A stretch of DNA of 64,000 nt from an uncultured Pseudomonadota bacterium (GTDB lineage: Bacteria > Pseudomonadota > Gammaproteobacteria > Burkholderiales > SG8-39). This document shows, one piece after another, positions 46,726-58,653 of this stretch. The stretch is taken from NCBI GenBank assembly GCA_963739205.1, contig CAVTZJ010000003.1, positions 385,507 through 449,506 of the forward strand, written 5' to 3'. Made by a program: the position numbers and the translations under genes. Every line of letters starts with the position of its first letter. Position 1 is the first letter of the stretch. Below the pieces are notes generated by a model that was not told the DNA's origin, made no database searches, and saw only the letters and a program-made list of their open reading frames with translations.

Positions 46726-47562
46726 TCAGCGCAGCTTGCGCAGCAGCTGGTCCAAGTGATCGAGGCCGGAGTAGTGCACGATCAGCTTGCCGCTCCCCTT
46801 TCTACCCGGGCGTATCTCCACCGTCGTGCCGAGCCGCTCCGAGACCTCTTCCTCGAGCCGAGCCACATCGCGGTCAGGCTTGCGCCGCTGATGAGAGGCG
46901 TTGCCGCGCAGCATCCTGGCGACGAGCGCTTCGGCCTCGCGCACCGAAAGGCCGCGAGTCGCAATGCGCTTAGCAGCCTCCGCCTGGCGCGCTCCGTCTA
47001 GCGCGAGGATGGCGCGCGCATGACCCATATCCAGCACGCCTTCCATGACCATCGCCTGAACCGGCTTGGTGAGCTTTAGCAGGCGCAAGAGGTTGGTCGT
47101 AGCGCTGCGAGAACGTCCAACGGCATCAGCCGCCTGCTCGTGGGACATCTTGAACTCATCGATGAGCCGCTGCAGTCCCGACGCTTCCTCCATGGGGTTC
47201 AGGTTTTCGCGCTGGATGTTCTCGATCAGTGCCATCGCGAGAGCAGCTTCGTCCGGTACGTCGCGCACCAGTGCCGGGACCTCGTCCAGCCCGGCCATTT
47301 GCGCGGCTCGCCAGCGCCGCTCGCCAGCGATCAGCTCATAGCGGTCGCGCGCTACCGGGCGCACGAGCAGGGGCTGCATCAGCCCCTGAGACTTGATGGA
47401 CGAGGCCAGCTCGGCAAGAGCTTCCTGGTCCATTTTCGTGCGCGGCTGGTATTTTCCGGGGCGGATGCGGCCCACGGGCAGTGTCGCGAGCGCCTCGCGC
47501 GGCGGCTCGTCTTCGCCAAGTAGCGCGTCGAGCCCACGTCCCAGTCCCTTTTGCTTAATCAT
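46726..47562 (-). CDS. parB: chromosome partitioning protein ParB
   Basis: 278 aa, MIKQKGLGRGLDALL N-terminus, ParB box LIAGERRWRAAQMAG, and HTH region. Confidence 0.93.
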   Translation of the reverse strand: MIKQKGLGRGLDALLGEDEPPREALATLPVGRIRPGKYQPRTKMDQEALAELASSIKSQGLMQPLLVRPVARDRYELIAGERRWRAAQMAGLDEVPALVRDVPDEAALAMALIENIQRENLNPMEEASGLQRLIDEFKMSHEQAADAVGRSRSATTNLLRLLKLTKPVQAMVMEGVLDMGHARAILALDGARQAEAAKRIATRGLSVREAEALVARMLRGNASHQRRKPDRDVARLEEEVSERLGTTVEIRPGRKGSGKLIVHYSGLDHLDQLLRKLR

Positions 47563-47578
47563 GGCTATTCCATTCGCC

Positions 47579-48364
47579 CTATGCCGCAGCGGGCAATGCG
47601 CCTTTGCTGCGCGTTATGATTTCCTCTGCCAGCGCGATGTAGGCCTGGGCGCCCTTCGAGGTCTTGTCCCAAACGACGGCCGGCACGCCGTAGCTCGGCG
47701 CCTCGGCGAGTCGCACGTTGCGGGGCACGAGCGTCTGATAGACCTTGTCCCCGAAGTGCGACTCCAGTTGCTGCGATACCTGTAGGGAGAGCGTGTTACG
47801 CGGGTCGTACATGGTGCGCAGCAAACCCGCAATCTCGAGCCTCGGGTTGAGATGGGCGCGTACCCGCTTGATGGTGCCGACCAGGTCGGAAAGTCCCTCG
47901 AGCGCGTAGTACTCGCACTGCATCGGGATCAGCACCGCGTCTGCCGCCACCAGTCCGTTGATGGTAAGCAGGGACAGTGAAGGCGGGCAATCGATCAGGA
48001 TGTAATCGTAATCGGCGCTAACGCCAGCGAGCGCCTCCTTGAGGCGCAACTCGCGCCGTTCGATGCCGACGAGTTCGACCTCGGCGCCGGCGAGATCGCG
48101 GTTAGCCGGCAGCAGATCGTAGCCGCCGTTTTCGGAACGCAGGCGAACTGTGGCGAGTTCGCTCAAGCCGAGCAGCAGGTGATAGACGGTGTGCAGGGCG
48201 CCGCGCTTGTCGATGCCGCTGCCCATGGTGGCATTGCCTTGCGGATCCAGATCGACGAGCAAGACGCGCTGACCTGCCTGCGCAAGACCCGCAGCCAGGT
48301 TGATAGTGGTGGTCGTCTTGCCGACACCACCTTTTTGATTCGCCACCGCGAACACGCGCGCCAT
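47579..48364 (-). CDS. parA: chromosome partitioning ATPase ParA (Soj)
   Basis: ORF 47579..48610 trimmed to MARVFAVANQKGGVGKTTT (deviant Walker A). The alternative ATG at 48370 abuts the rsmG stop. Confidence 0.92.
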   Translation of the reverse strand: MARVFAVANQKGGVGKTTTTINLAAGLAQAGQRVLLVDLDPQGNATMGSGIDKRGALHTVYHLLLGLSELATVRLRSENGGYDLLPANRDLAGAEVELVGIERRELRLKEALAGVSADYDYILIDCPPSLSLLTINGLVAADAVLIPMQCEYYALEGLSDLVGTIKRVRAHLNPRLEIAGLLRTMYDPRNTLSLQVSQQLESHFGDKVYQTLVPRNVRLAEAPSYGVPAVVWDKTSKGAQAYIALAEEIITRSKGALPAAA

Positions 48365-48366
48365 GC

Positions 48367-49005
48367 TCATGTCCTCGCGCGGCACAACACGAGATGACGC
48401 TCGGCATCGAGCAGCGGAACCTCCAGGCGGACCACCTCGCCGCAGCCGGCACTGGCAGGCACGCGCGCCAGCTCCTCGTGCGGGTAGACACCCTTCATCG
48501 CAGCCAGCACGCCTCCCGGAGAGACCAGGTGCCGGCATGCCGCGACGAAGTCGGCGAGCTCGGCGAAACCGCGCGAAATTACCACCACGAACAGGCGGGC
48601 CGGCCGCCAATGCTCGGCGCGTCCTGTATGCACGGTTACGTTGTGCAAAGCGAGTTCGATCGCCGCCTGCCGCAGGAAGGCGGCCTTCTTCTGATTGCTG
48701 TCATTCAGAGCTACCTGCCATTCGGGACGCGCGATGGCGAGTGGAATTCCTGGCATGCCCCCGCCGGAGCCGACATCCGCGAGCGCGGCGTCGGAACCGA
48801 CCATCGGCAGGTGCGGCGCGACGGCCAGCGAGTCGAGCAGATGCTGAGTGACCATCTTCAGGGGATCACGAATCGCCGTCAGGTTGTACGTGCGGTTCCA
48901 CTTTTCGAGCAGACCGAGAAATGCGACCAGCTTGTCGCGCGCGCCTGCCGGCAGGGCCAGCGGCAATAGCACAAGCCCGCGATCCAGCGTGACCTCGGGT
49001 GTCAT
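48367..49005 (-). CDS. rsmG: 16S rRNA (guanine527-N7)-methyltransferase RsmG (GidB)
   Basis: 212 aa, [13 protein letters not shown] and [16 protein letters not shown] motif. Its start overlaps the mnmG stop. Confidence 0.9.
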   Translation of the reverse strand: MTPEVTLDRGLVLLPLALPAGARDKLVAFLGLLEKWNRTYNLTAIRDPLKMVTQHLLDSLAVAPHLPMVGSDAALADVGSGGGMPGIPLAIARPEWQVALNDSNQKKAAFLRQAAIELALHNVTVHTGRAEHWRPARLFVVVISRGFAELADFVAACRHLVSPGGVLAAMKGVYPHEELARVPASAGCGEVVRLEVPLLDAERHLVLCRART

Positions 49006-50903
49006 GCGCTCTTCTTCTTCTGCGGCTGGCGCGCGAAACCTCGCTTCAAGTGAACCAGCAGCAGAGAGATTGCTGCCGGCGTAATTCCCGAAATGCGCGC
49101 AGCCTGCCCGATGGTCTCCGGCCGATGCCGTGCGAGCTTTTGGCTCGCTTCAACCGACAGGCCGCGTACCGCCGCGTAGTCGATGTTCTCTGGGAGACGT
49201 AGCGCCTCATACGCTTCACTGCGCGCGACCTCTTCGCGCTGACGCGCGATGTAGCCTTGGTATTTCGCCTGGATCTCGACCTGCTCGGCGACGACGGGGT
49301 CGGCACAACCTTCCCCGGTACCTGGAAGACTCATCAGCGCTACATAGGAGACGCCAGGGCGCTTGAGCAATTCCAGAAGTGAGTGCTCGCGTTCTAACTC
49401 CTGTCCGCAGACCCTGAGGGCGTCCGCGGAGCAGACGGTACGCGGGCCCAGCCGGACGGCGGCGAGGCGTTGCTGCTCACGCGCGATCGCGTCGCGCTTG
49501 CGGTTGAACTGGTCCCAGCGCGCGTCCTCCACTACGCCCAGCTTGCGCCCTGCCTCGGTCAATCGAAGGTCGGCGTTGTCCTCGCGCAGCATCAACCGGT
49601 ACTCCGCGCGGCTGGTGAACATGCGATAGGGCTCCGAGACGCCGCGCGTGATCAGGTCGTCGACAAGCACGCCGAGGTAAGCCTCGTCGCGGCGCGGACA
49701 CCATGACTCTTGCTCCTTTACGCGCAGGGCCGCGTTGATGCCCGCCAGCAATCCCTGCGCAGCGGCCTCTTCGTAACCGGTCGTGCCGTTGATCTGACCA
49801 GCGAAAAACAGCCCCGCGATGGTCTTCGTTTCGAGCGAGGACTTTAGATTCCGCGGATCGAAGTAGTCGTATTCGATAGCGTAGCCGGGGCGCAGGATAT
49901 GCGCGGCCTCGAGCCCGCGAATCGAGCGCACGAGCTCGAGCTGAACGTCGAAGGGTAAGCTCGTCGAAATCCCGTTGGGATAGATCTCGCTCGTCGAGAG
50001 CCCCTCGGGTTCCAGGAAAATCTGGTGACCGCTCCTCGCAGCGAAACGGTGGACCTTGTCTTCGATGGAGGGGCAATAGCGGGGACCGACGCCCTGAATC
50101 ACGCCGGTAAACATCGGCGATCGATCGAGCCCGGCGCGGATGATGTCGTGCGTTCGCGGGTTCGTGTGCGTGATCCAGCACGAGCGCTGCTCCGGGTGCA
50201 TGCCGCGCGCTCCCACGAATGAGAACACCGGCTCCGGAGAGTCGCCTGGCTGCTCTTCCATGACCGAAAAATCAATGGTGCGGCCGTCCAGACGCGGAGG
50301 GGTGCCGGTCTTCAGGCGGCCAACCGGCAACCGCAACTCGCGCAGTTTCGCGGCGAGCGTGATTGAGGCCGGGTCACCGGCGCGTCCCGCCTGATGGCTT
50401 TGCAGACCGACGTGTACCAGCCCCGAGAGAAAGGTTCCGGTCGTCAATACGACCGCGCGTCCCCGAAAGCGGATGCCAAGCTGCGTGACGACCCCGACGG
50501 CGCGCTCGCCCTCGAGCATGATGTCATCGACCGCCTGCTGGAACAGGGTCAGATTCGACTGGGTTTCGAGTCGCTTACGGATCGCCCTGCGGTAGAGCAC
50601 TCGGTCGGCCTGTGCCCGTGTCGCACGCACCGCCGGCCCTTTGGACGAGTTGAGAGTCCGGAACTGGATTCCTGCCTCGTCGGTCGCGAGTGCCATCGCG
50701 CCTCCGAGAGCATCGATCTCCCGCACCAGGTGACCCTTGCCTATTCCTCCGACAGAGGGATTGCACGACATCTGGCCGAGCGTTTCGATGCTGTGCGTAA
50801 GCAGCAGGGTGCGGCAGCCCATGCGCGCAGCCGCAAGAGCCGCCTCTGTACCCGCGTGGCCCCCACCCACCACGACGACGTCAAACTCAGTCGGAAACTG
50901 CAT
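49002..50903 (-). CDS. mnmG: tRNA uridine-5-carboxymethylaminomethyl synthesis enzyme MnmG (GidA)
   Basis: 633 aa, [19 protein letters not shown] motif, conserved throughout. Confidence 0.96.
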   Translation of the reverse strand: MQFPTEFDVVVVGGGHAGTEAALAAARMGCRTLLLTHSIETLGQMSCNPSVGGIGKGHLVREIDALGGAMALATDEAGIQFRTLNSSKGPAVRATRAQADRVLYRRAIRKRLETQSNLTLFQQAVDDIMLEGERAVGVVTQLGIRFRGRAVVLTTGTFLSGLVHVGLQSHQAGRAGDPASITLAAKLRELRLPVGRLKTGTPPRLDGRTIDFSVMEEQPGDSPEPVFSFVGARGMHPEQRSCWITHTNPRTHDIIRAGLDRSPMFTGVIQGVGPRYCPSIEDKVHRFAARSGHQIFLEPEGLSTSEIYPNGISTSLPFDVQLELVRSIRGLEAAHILRPGYAIEYDYFDPRNLKSSLETKTIAGLFFAGQINGTTGYEEAAAQGLLAGINAALRVKEQESWCPRRDEAYLGVLVDDLITRGVSEPYRMFTSRAEYRLMLREDNADLRLTEAGRKLGVVEDARWDQFNRKRDAIAREQQRLAAVRLGPRTVCSADALRVCGQELEREHSLLELLKRPGVSYVALMSLPGTGEGCADPVVAEQVEIQAKYQGYIARQREEVARSEAYEALRLPENIDYAAVRGLSVEASQKLARHRPETIGQAARISGITPAAISLLLVHLKRGFARQPQKKKSA

Positions 50904-50997
50904 CTTTCAAGGACGTCCGGGTCTTTCGTACGCGGGGATTCTTGGGGGGAGCGCAATGATACGTGAATGGGGAATACGAGACTAGCCGCCCGCTTGT

Positions 50998-51013
50998 TGT
51001 TCCACGTGAAACC
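50998..51013. promoter_or_regulatory. parS: parS centromere-like site (TGTTCCACGTGAAACc, 15/16 to TGTTNCACGTGAAACA)
   Basis: Read directly from the sequence in the mnmG-MFS divergent spacer. Coordinates are anchored on flanking ORF-track stops and starts. Confidence 0.85.
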
Positions 51014-51026
51014 TTAAGCGCTCGCG

Positions 51027-51042
51027 TGTTTCACGTGGAACA
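51027..51042. promoter_or_regulatory. parS: parS centromere-like site (TGTTTCACGTGGAACA, 16/16 to consensus, opposite orientation)
   Basis: Its reverse complement is TGTTCCACGTGAAACA. It lies 13 nt from the first site, and together they form a 14/15-bp inverted repeat. Confidence 0.9.
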
Positions 51043-51084
51043 TCACCAGAAGCCGCGCGTACGTTGTGCCAGAATCCGGCGCCG

Positions 51085-52272
51085 ATGATTTCCCTCGCGC
51101 GCTATTCCAGGTTGCTCGCAGTGCCCCACCTCAAGGCAACCATCGTTGCGTCCGTGATCGGGCGGCTGCCTGTCGGCATTGCCGGACTCGCAATCCTGCT
51201 GGTCAGCCAAGAGCAATCCGGGTCTTTCGGCCGTGCCGGCGCAACGACAGCCAGCTATTACGTCGGCTTGGCGAGCGTAGCGCCGTTCATCGGCAGACTG
51301 ATCGATCGTCGCGGACCCGGTGCCATTCTGCGCGCCTGCGGTGCTCTCTATCCGACCGCATTGGCGGGACTCACGGTAGCGATCGTCGCGGGATCGTCCC
51401 TTGGGCTCGTTCTGCCGCTGGCTGCCCTCGCGGGCGCCTCCATTCCACCGATCACGGTGTGCATGCGGACCTTTCTCAAGCGACGTTTGGGCGACGACGC
51501 ACTCCTTGCAACGGCGTACTCACTCGAATCGGTGCTGATTGAGTCGTTGTTCATCATTGGTCCGATGCTCGTCAGCGCCTTGGTGGCGCTCGCGTCTGCC
51601 GTTTGGGCGGTCGTCTTCGCCGCGCTGACCGGCGCCGGGGGCACCTTTCTTTTTCTGCGTACGCCGCCAATTCTCGACTGGCGCATCGAGACGCGGCGAG
51701 CTTCTAGCCTGTTCGGGCCGCTGAGTGACCCGCATTTTCTGCGCGTCCTGGGCGTCGTGCTGTGTTATTCGATGGCTTTCGGCCTGGTGGAGATCGGTAC
51801 TACTGCATTCGCATCCGAGGCTGGTATTCCTGCTTTCGCGGGACTGCTGCTCGGATTGATGAGCATCGGCAGCGTGCTCGGCGGGCTCGCCTATGGCAGC
51901 CGCAGCTGGCACAAACCTCTTGAGCGACAATTCGCGATCGTCCTCGCGCTGATGGGACTTGGAATCGCGCCGCTTACCGGAATCACCACCGCATGGCTGT
52001 TCGCACTCTTCGCGGTCATCGCCGGCATCGTCATGGCGCCGGCACTCACGATCCAGTCGATGCTGGTCGCTAAGTCAGCCATGCCAGAGCACGCGACAGA
52101 GGCCTTTACGTGGTCTGCCACGGCCCTGCTCGCCGGCGTTGGGCTTGGTGTCGCCGCGGGCGGCGGACTCCTTGAGAGCGGTAATTCGCGCCTCGTGCTC
52201 GGCACCGCGACTGCATCAGCGCTTGCCGGAGCTCTGGCTGCCGGAATCGGACTAAGACACTTTAGACCGTAG
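51085..52272 (+). CDS. MFS transporter
   Basis: ORF 51064..52272 trimmed to MISLARYSRLL. About 12 predicted TM segments by eye. Substrate unknown. Confidence 0.75.
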   Translation: MISLARYSRLLAVPHLKATIVASVIGRLPVGIAGLAILLVSQEQSGSFGRAGATTASYYVGLASVAPFIGRLIDRRGPGAILRACGALYPTALAGLTVAIVAGSSLGLVLPLAALAGASIPPITVCMRTFLKRRLGDDALLATAYSLESVLIESLFIIGPMLVSALVALASAVWAVVFAALTGAGGTFLFLRTPPILDWRIETRRASSLFGPLSDPHFLRVLGVVLCYSMAFGLVEIGTTAFASEAGIPAFAGLLLGLMSIGSVLGGLAYGSRSWHKPLERQFAIVLALMGLGIAPLTGITTAWLFALFAVIAGIVMAPALTIQSMLVAKSAMPEHATEAFTWSATALLAGVGLGVAAGGGLLESGNSRLVLGTATASALAGALAAGIGLRHFRP

Positions 52273-52290
52273 ATTCAATATCTTATATTG

Positions 52291-52312
52291 CCAAAAAGCG
52301 GTCGGCACCGCT
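52291..52312 (-). terminator. weak rho-independent terminator after pckG
   Basis: 6-bp stem AGCGGT-cggc-ACCGCT overlapping the pckG stop, followed on the minus strand by TTTTTGG. Confidence 0.35.
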
Positions 52313-54149
52313 ACGCGGCCAAGCGTGCGTGCAGCGCCGTTCTGCCACGCTCAAGGTCGCCAGGTAAGTGTGTGCCGAGCTTGCTCAGCAGATCGTCGTG
52401 CGACGAGAGCTCTTCTCGCCACGCGCTTTGCTCGATTCCAGATAGCTCCCGGAATTGATCCTTGGAAAATCTCTCCAACCCTGTCCAAAACAGGTCCTCG
52501 TAGCGCGGCATGACCCCAAGCGGTGTCTGGGCGCCTTGTGCGCGGCCGTGGCAACGCTCGACGATCCAGCTCAGTACTCTCATGTTCTCGGCAAATCCCG
52601 GCCAGATGAATTTCCCACTTGAGTCTCGCCGGAACCAGTTCACGCGGAAGATCCGGGGCGGATGGTGCGCCGCTTTGCCCATTTTGAGCCAGTGCGCGAA
52701 GTAGTCGCCGATGTTGTACCCGCAAAACGCGAGCATGGCCATCGGATCGCGCCGCACCACGCCCACTTTCCCAGTAATCGCGGCGGTGGTCTCGGATCCC
52801 AGCGTCGCGCCCATGTACACCCCATCTTCCCAGCTTGCCGCCTCGACCACCAAAGGTACGGTGGTGGACCGACGGCCACCGAAAATGAACGCCGAGATCG
52901 GCACTCCGCCGGGATCCTCCCATTTGGCGTCCATCGAGGGGCACCGCGAGGCCGCCACCGTAAAGCGCGCATTCGGATGCGCTGCGACACGTCCGCAACC
53001 CGGCGTCCACTCCTTGCCCTGCCAGTCGATGAGCCGCGCAGGCGGCTGATCGGTCATGCCCTCCCACCACACATCGCCTTCGGGCGTCAGTGCGACGTTC
53101 GTGAAGATGACATTCGACTCCAGCATCTTCATCGCATTCGGGTTCGTCGCCTGCGAGGTTCCCGGCGCGACACCAAAGAAGCCTGCCTCCGGATTGATCG
53201 CGTAGAAACGCCCGTCGTGCCCGGGCTTGATCCAAGCGATGTCTTCGCCAATCGTGGTCACCTTCCATCCCTTGAAGGCCGGCGGCGGGATGAGCATCGC
53301 CAGATTCGTCTTGCCGCAGGCGCTGGGAAACGCCGCCGTGATATAGGACTTCTCGCCGGTGGGAGACTCCACACCCAGGATCAACATATGCTCGGCCAGC
53401 CATCCTTCGTCGCGCGCCATCACCGAGGCGATGCGCAGTGCCAGGCATTTCTTTCCGAGCAGCGCGTTTCCGCCGTAGCCTGAGCCGTAGGACCAGATCT
53501 CGCGCGACTCAGGGAAGTGCACGATCCACTTGTCCTTGTCGTTGCACGGCCAGGGTACGTCTTTGGCGCCCGGCGCAAGCGGCGCGCCCACCGAGTGCAT
53601 GCAGGGGACGAAATCTCCGTCCTCGCCGAGCCAATCGGCGACCGCGCGCCCCATGCGCGTCATTAACCGCATGTTCACTGCGACGTACGCGGAGTCGCTC
53701 AGCTGCACGCCGATTTGCGCGATGTGCGAGCCGATCGGACCCATCGAGAACGGCATGACGTACATCGTCCGCCCGCGCATACAGCCATCGAAGAGCCGCT
53801 CGAGTGTGTTGCGCATCTCGCCAGGATCCACCCAGTTGTTGGTTGGCCCCGCGTCCTCCCTCGTCCTACTGCAGATGAAGGTGCGATCCTCCATGCGCGC
53901 CACGTCGTTGGGATGGGAGCGCGCCAGGTAGCTGCCCGGCCGCAGCGTCTCGCTAAGCTTGATGAAGGTTCCCGCGCTGACCAGCTCGCCGCACAGCCGG
54001 TCGTACTCCCCTTGTGATCCGTCACACCAGACAATGCGCTCAGGCTTCGCAAGAAGCGCCATCTCCAAGACCCACTTGCGCAGCCCGTGGTGTCGCACCC
54101 AGGCCGGTGCTGTTGCGCTGTCGGTTCTTGGTTCTTGGGGTCGGTTCAT
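52311..54149 (-). CDS. pckG: phosphoenolpyruvate carboxykinase (GTP)
   Basis: ORF 52311..54215 trimmed to [16 protein letters not shown] kinase-1a motif and [15 protein letters not shown]-type length (about 612 aa). Confidence 0.92.
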   Translation of the reverse strand: MNRPQEPRTDSATAPAWVRHHGLRKWVLEMALLAKPERIVWCDGSQGEYDRLCGELVSAGTFIKLSETLRPGSYLARSHPNDVARMEDRTFICSRTREDAGPTNNWVDPGEMRNTLERLFDGCMRGRTMYVMPFSMGPIGSHIAQIGVQLSDSAYVAVNMRLMTRMGRAVADWLGEDGDFVPCMHSVGAPLAPGAKDVPWPCNDKDKWIVHFPESREIWSYGSGYGGNALLGKKCLALRIASVMARDEGWLAEHMLILGVESPTGEKSYITAAFPSACGKTNLAMLIPPPAFKGWKVTTIGEDIAWIKPGHDGRFYAINPEAGFFGVAPGTSQATNPNAMKMLESNVIFTNVALTPEGDVWWEGMTDQPPARLIDWQGKEWTPGCGRVAAHPNARFTVAASRCPSMDAKWEDPGGVPISAFIFGGRRSTTVPLVVEAASWEDGVYMGATLGSETTAAITGKVGVVRRDPMAMLAFCGYNIGDYFAHWLKMGKAAHHPPRIFRVNWFRRDSSGKFIWPGFAENMRVLSWIVERCHGRAQGAQTPLGVMPRYEDLFWTGLERFSKDQFRELSGIEQSAWREELSSHDDLLSKLGTHLPGDLERGRTALHARLAA

Positions 54150-54235
54150 CGCAGGAACTCCAGAAAAGCAAAACGGCCCTAGGGTTCCGGGCCGGAGATT
54201 TCGATAAAGATTCAAATTTATTGTAGCACTGGCTT

Positions 54236-55015
54236 CTAGCGCACCCGTAGCGTCATGAAGAGCCGCCTGAACGGGTAAAGCGTGCTCCCGTCGCTACGCT
54301 TGTCGTATATCGTCGACACCCTGCGTCGGTATTCCGCCTCGAAAGGCTCGCGCAGCGCGCCCGGCAAACCGTCCAGCAAGGGAACCAGCAGAGTCGAGCG
54401 TGTCCAGTCGGCGACAGGGTTATCGCCCCCGAGAACCTGCAGGTACTCCGTTTCCCAGATATCCACGGAGTCGCCGTGCGGCGCCAACAACTCGTAATAC
54501 TCCTGCGGCCCGAGCACCGGGCGCAGGCGCAGGCTCGCAAGCAGGTGCTCGCGGTAAGGCGACTCCTGGGCGAGCTCCAGCGCCATACGGTGCGAAGCCG
54601 CATCGAAATTGCGCGGCATCTGCACAGCCAATATACCCTGGGCCCCAAGCATCCCGAGCAAGCGCGGAAATAGCTCGGCATGATCGTCTAGCCAGTGCAG
54701 CGCCGCGTTGGAGAACAGTAGATCGAACGGCGACTGCGCCCGCCAGGCGCCGAGCTCCGCCTGCTGCCAGACGATCGACCCGCCGCGACTCCGCGCCGTC
54801 TCGAGCATCTCGGGGGAGGCGTCGATCCCCAGGACGCTTGCCTCCGGCCAGCGCTGCGCAAGGAGCCGGGTGCCATTGCCGCTGCCGCAACCAAGATCCG
54901 CGATGCATCGTGGCGTCCATCCGGACTCTGGTCCCGGAACGCGCGCCAGCAAATCCAGCAACGGCCGCAGGCGTGCGTCCGCGAAGGCTTCGTAACGCTG
55001 CGGATCCCAAGGCAT
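54236..55015 (-). CDS. tam: SAM-dependent methyltransferase, trans-aconitate 2-methyltransferase-like
   Basis: ORF 54236..55150 trimmed to [21 protein letters not shown] motif [11 protein letters not shown] and NAALHWL, as in Tam. Confidence 0.75.
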   Translation of the reverse strand: MPWDPQRYEAFADARLRPLLDLLARVPGPESGWTPRCIADLGCGSGNGTRLLAQRWPEASVLGIDASPEMLETARSRGGSIVWQQAELGAWRAQSPFDLLFSNAALHWLDDHAELFPRLLGMLGAQGILAVQMPRNFDAASHRMALELAQESPYREHLLASLRLRPVLGPQEYYELLAPHGDSVDIWETEYLQVLGGDNPVADWTRSTLLVPLLDGLPGALREPFEAEYRRRVSTIYDKRSDGSTLYPFRRLFMTLRVR

Positions 55016-55029
55016 GCTAGGCAGCCCTC

Positions 55030-56406
55030 CTACTTGCCAATGCAAAACCGCGCGAAGATCTCGCCCAGAAGATCGTCCGCCGACACTTCTCCGGTGATCT
55101 CCCCGAGCGCGCCCTGCGCCAAGCGCAATTCCTCGGCGAAGAACTCCCATTGCCCGATCTGGGCACCTGCCACCTGGAGATGATCGCGAGCCCTCGCGAG
55201 CGCGCGCAAATGCCGCTCGCGCGCGAGAAACGCCGACTCGCCCGTGCCCGTCCAGCCGGCCGCTTCAAGTAGCGCGCCGCGAAGGGCATCGATCCCGGCG
55301 CCAGACTTTGCCGAAACCCAGACCTCCTGCCCTCCGTCCCCTCTGCGTCCGGCGCGCTCGGCCGGCGCGAGATCGACCTTGTTGTAGACGAAAAGGCGAG
55401 TGCCCTGCTCAGGGAGCCGCGCCAGCAGGGCGCGATCCTCCTCATTCATGCCCAAAGGGGCTTCCAGCACCATCAGGACGACGTCTGCGCGAGCCATCTC
55501 CCTCCAGCTGCGCTCGATCCCTAAACGCTCGACTTCGTCGCCCGATTCGCGCAAGCCCGCGGTGTCGACGATGACGATCGGCACGCCTTCGACGAGAATC
55601 GATTCACGCAGGGCGTCGCGCGTGGTTCCCGGCACCGCAGTCACGATGGCGCGCTCTTCGCCAGCAAGATGATTGAGCAGGCTCGATTTGCCGACGTTTG
55701 CGCGGCCTGCGAGCACGACATGGATTCCGGTCCGCAGCAGGCTGCCCTGGCGGCTCCTGACCATTACGGTCTCGAGCGAGGCGCGCACGCGATCCAGCCG
55801 TCCGGCCGCGTCTTCGCGATGCGTGTAATCAACCTCTTCCTCCGGAAAATCTAGCATCGCCTCGATAAGCGCACGCAGCTCGGTGAGTTCCTCGACCAGC
55901 GTCCCGATAACCTCAGAAAACTCGCCGCTCAAGGAGCGCATTGCCGAGCGAGCCGCTTCGCGGCTCGCGGCATCGATCAAGTCGGCGACCGCCTCGGCCT
56001 GAGCCAAGTCGAGCTTACCCTCCAGGAATGCACGGCGCGTGAATTCGCCGGGCTCGGCCAGGCGCGCACCGGCGTCCAGGCACGCCCCGAGAAGCAATTG
56101 CAGCACCGCCGGACCGCCATGGCCCTGCAACTCCAGCACGTCCTCCCCGGTGTAGGAATGCGGCGCGGGGAAGTAGAGGGCAATGCCCCGGTCAATTACT
56201 TGGGTGTGGGCATCACGGAACTCGGCGTGCGTCGCGTGCCGTGGCACCGGAAGCGCGCCGAGCACCGCGCGCGCAACGTCTGCGACCAGACCCCCGGATA
56301 TGCGCACCACGCCGATTCCGCCGCGTCCCGTCGGTGTGGCGATGGCCGCTATGGTGGCGCGTGCGAGGTGAAGGGCACGCCCCGGGGGGTCCTCAGCGCT
56401 TTCCAT
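55030..56406 (-). CDS. mnmE: tRNA modification GTPase MnmE (TrmE)
   Basis: 458 aa, [20 protein letters not shown]1 [13 protein letters not shown]-terminal CIGK. Confidence 0.95.
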   Translation of the reverse strand: MESAEDPPGRALHLARATIAAIATPTGRGGIGVVRISGGLVADVARAVLGALPVPRHATHAEFRDAHTQVIDRGIALYFPAPHSYTGEDVLELQGHGGPAVLQLLLGACLDAGARLAEPGEFTRRAFLEGKLDLAQAEAVADLIDAASREAARSAMRSLSGEFSEVIGTLVEELTELRALIEAMLDFPEEEVDYTHREDAAGRLDRVRASLETVMVRSRQGSLLRTGIHVVLAGRANVGKSSLLNHLAGEERAIVTAVPGTTRDALRESILVEGVPIVIVDTAGLRESGDEVERLGIERSWREMARADVVLMVLEAPLGMNEEDRALLARLPEQGTRLFVYNKVDLAPAERAGRRGDGGQEVWVSAKSGAGIDALRGALLEAAGWTGTGESAFLARERHLRALARARDHLQVAGAQIGQWEFFAEELRLAQGALGEITGEVSADDLLGEIFARFCIGK

Positions 56407-58048
56407 GGGCAGGCTTGTCGCGGTTGAACATCCGCTGAATCTGCCACTGCTGGAGGATGGACAAAATGTTGTTCACCAGCCAGTACAGCACCAAGCCGGC
56501 CGGGAAGAAGAAGAAGAACACGCTGAAGACGAACGGCATGAAAGTCATGACCTTTGCCTGCACGGGATCGGGAGGCGTCGGATTCATGCGCGTCTGGATC
56601 ACCATGCTCACCGTCATCAGGATGGGCAGCACGTAGTACGGATCCTGCGCCGAAAGGTCCTTGATCCAAAGAATAAACGGCGCATGGCGCAGCTCAATCG
56701 CACCGAGAAGCGTCCAGTAAAGAGCGAGGAACACCGGTATCTGCACCACGATGGGGAAGCAGCCGCCGAGCGGATTGATCTTCTCCGTCTTGTACAGCTC
56801 CATCATGGCCTGATTCATCTTGGCCCGGTCGTCGCCGTACATCTCGCGCAGCTTGGTCAGTCTGGGCGCGACAAGCTTCATCTTCGCCATCGACTTGTAG
56901 CTCGCCGCGGAAAGCGGAAAGAACACGAGCTTGACCGTGAGCGTGAGCAGGATGATGGCAAAGCCCCAGTTTCCCGTCAGGCCATGATATTTCTGCAGCA
57001 GCCAAAAGAGCGGCCAGGCGATGATCGTGAGCCACCCGTAATCAACCACCAGATCAAAACCCGGGGCCGCTGCCTTCAGGCGGCGCTGCTCCTGCGGGCC
57101 GGAATATAGGCGAACCTCGACACGGCCGGTGGCCCCTGGGGCCACCTTCGGCGCGGGCACGATAACGCCCGAGGCGAACAGTCCGTCCGGAAGCCGCTTG
57201 GCATAGAACTCGCGGGTCACGCCCTGCGCCGGTAGCCATGCGGAAACAAAGTAATGTTGCACCATGCCGATCCAACCGTCCTTCGCATGCGCGGGCAACT
57301 CGGCTTTGCCCTTTTCGACGTCAGCGAAGGTCAACTTGTGGTACTTCGTTTGCTCGGTGTAGTACGCGGGCCCGAAGAAGGTCTTCATCATCGCCGTCTG
57401 GCCAGGCGGGTCTTTATCGTCACGCACGAGCTGGTAGTACGCGTCGGTGGAAACCGGACTACTTCCGGTATTGCGGAGCTCGAATGCGACGTCGATCTGG
57501 TAATGGTCGCGGCGGAACGTATAGACCTTCTGCACCTCGACGCCGTTTGGTCCCTCCGCCGTGAAGCGCACTTCCAGCTTGTCGCTCCCTGGCGCGAGCT
57601 CGCGCGGCCCGGGCAGGGGCTTCCATAAGGTGCGGTGATTCGGGAAGCCCTCGCCGATGAGGCCGCTCTGCGCGCTGTAGGCATAGCTCGGTCCGAGCAG
57701 CACGAAATCCTTGTTGTCGTCCGCTTGGGCCTTCTGCTTGAGCAGTTCGAGGCGCTGAAGCGTCGCCCCGACTGTGTTGATGTCTGCGACGACGAGGTCC
57801 GTGCGCACACGTACCACTTCTCCCGTGGCGACCGCCTCGCCCGTGCCGGGAACTCCCGGCGCCCGTGTTTGGGTTGCCGGGGCAGCGCCCTCGGCCCCGC
57901 GACTCGGTACCGGCACGCCTTCGTTAGGCGATCGCGCGGCGGGCGCGCTCACCTGCGACGCGGGCCGCTGGGTTCGCTCCCACGACTGCCACAGCATGAC
58001 TACGGAAAAGCTGAAGATCACCAGCAGGATGAGCCGTTGCGTGTCCAT
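56393..58048 (-). CDS. yidC: membrane protein insertase YidC
   Basis: ORF 56393..58123 trimmed to [23 protein letters not shown]. Large periplasmic domain plus a conserved C-terminal 5-TM core. Confidence 0.95.
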   Translation of the reverse strand: MDTQRLILLVIFSFSVVMLWQSWERTQRPASQVSAPAARSPNEGVPVPSRGAEGAAPATQTRAPGVPGTGEAVATGEVVRVRTDLVVADINTVGATLQRLELLKQKAQADDNKDFVLLGPSYAYSAQSGLIGEGFPNHRTLWKPLPGPRELAPGSDKLEVRFTAEGPNGVEVQKVYTFRRDHYQIDVAFELRNTGSSPVSTDAYYQLVRDDKDPPGQTAMMKTFFGPAYYTEQTKYHKLTFADVEKGKAELPAHAKDGWIGMVQHYFVSAWLPAQGVTREFYAKRLPDGLFASGVIVPAPKVAPGATGRVEVRLYSGPQEQRRLKAAAPGFDLVVDYGWLTIIAWPLFWLLQKYHGLTGNWGFAIILLTLTVKLVFFPLSAASYKSMAKMKLVAPRLTKLREMYGDDRAKMNQAMMELYKTEKINPLGGCFPIVVQIPVFLALYWTLLGAIELRHAPFILWIKDLSAQDPYYVLPILMTVSMVIQTRMNPTPPDPVQAKVMTFMPFVFSVFFFFFPAGLVLYWLVNNILSILQQWQIQRMFNRDKPAHGKR

Positions 58049-58062
58049 ATGGATTTTCCTGC

Positions 58063-58287
58063 TTAGTGCCGGGCGCCGGGAACGGGGTCGTGACCGCCAC
58101 GACTCCAGGGTCCGCAGCGGCAAACGCGACGTGCGCTAAGCCAGCCGCCGCGCAGCGCGCCATGGCGGCGCAATGCCTCCTCGGCATACTCGGAGCAACT
58201 GGGATGGAAGCGGCACGACGGCGGGAGCAGCGGGCTGACGAAGAAGCGATAGCCTCGCACCAGGAGGCGTAGGAGCCGGGAAATCAT
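58063..58287 (-). CDS. yidD: membrane protein insertion efficiency factor YidD
   Basis: 74 aa, [23 protein letters not shown]. Its start overlaps the rnpA stop. Confidence 0.9.
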   Translation of the reverse strand: MISRLLRLLVRGYRFFVSPLLPPSCRFHPSCSEYAEEALRRHGALRGGWLSARRVCRCGPWSRGGHDPVPGARH

Positions 58288-58640
58288 CGGTTCAGCCTGC
58301 TCATCAGTTCTCGCAGTCGCACGATCATATCGGCAGTGGGCCTGACCCCGTAAGGCGGGCGCACCAGTACGTCCACCGGACCGAGCGATTTCTGCTCAAG
58401 CCGAAACGCCTCTCGAATGCAGCGCTTGATACGGTTGCGATCCGTAGCCTTTGCAGCGAGCTTGCGGGAGACAAGCATTCCCAGACGGGGCGGTCCTGCG
58501 TCGCGGCGCTCGAAATAGAACGTGTACCCCGCGACGCTCTTTCGCGAACCTTCCTTGAGGAGGTGCTCGAACGCCGCGCTCTGCCTGAGGCGCAGCTCAG
58601 CGCCGAGTCCATACTGTGCCGGCCTGGTTCGCCTGAGCAC
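58284..58640 (-). CDS. rnpA: ribonuclease P protein component
   Basis: ORF 58284..58712. I start at the in-frame GTG at 58640, 13 nt after the rpmH stop, giving 118 aa. The upstream GTGs at 58712/58706 would overlap rpmH by about 55 nt. RNR-like motif [14 protein letters not shown]. Confidence 0.8.
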   Translation of the reverse strand: MLRRTRPAQYGLGAELRLRQSAAFEHLLKEGSRKSVAGYTFYFERRDAGPPRLGMLVSRKLAAKATDRNRIKRCIREAFRLEQKSLGPVDVLVRPPYGVRPTADMIVRLRELMSRLNR

Positions 58641-58653
58641 GCCCCGCAGTGGC

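Noticed and set aside
50999-51041. 14-bp inverted repeat first read as a terminator hairpin or transcription-factor operator between mnmG and the MFS gene
   Set aside because: Each arm is itself a 16-bp near-palindromic match to the parS consensus, so it is better explained as two ParB-binding sites. The flanking genes diverge, so a terminator makes no sense here.
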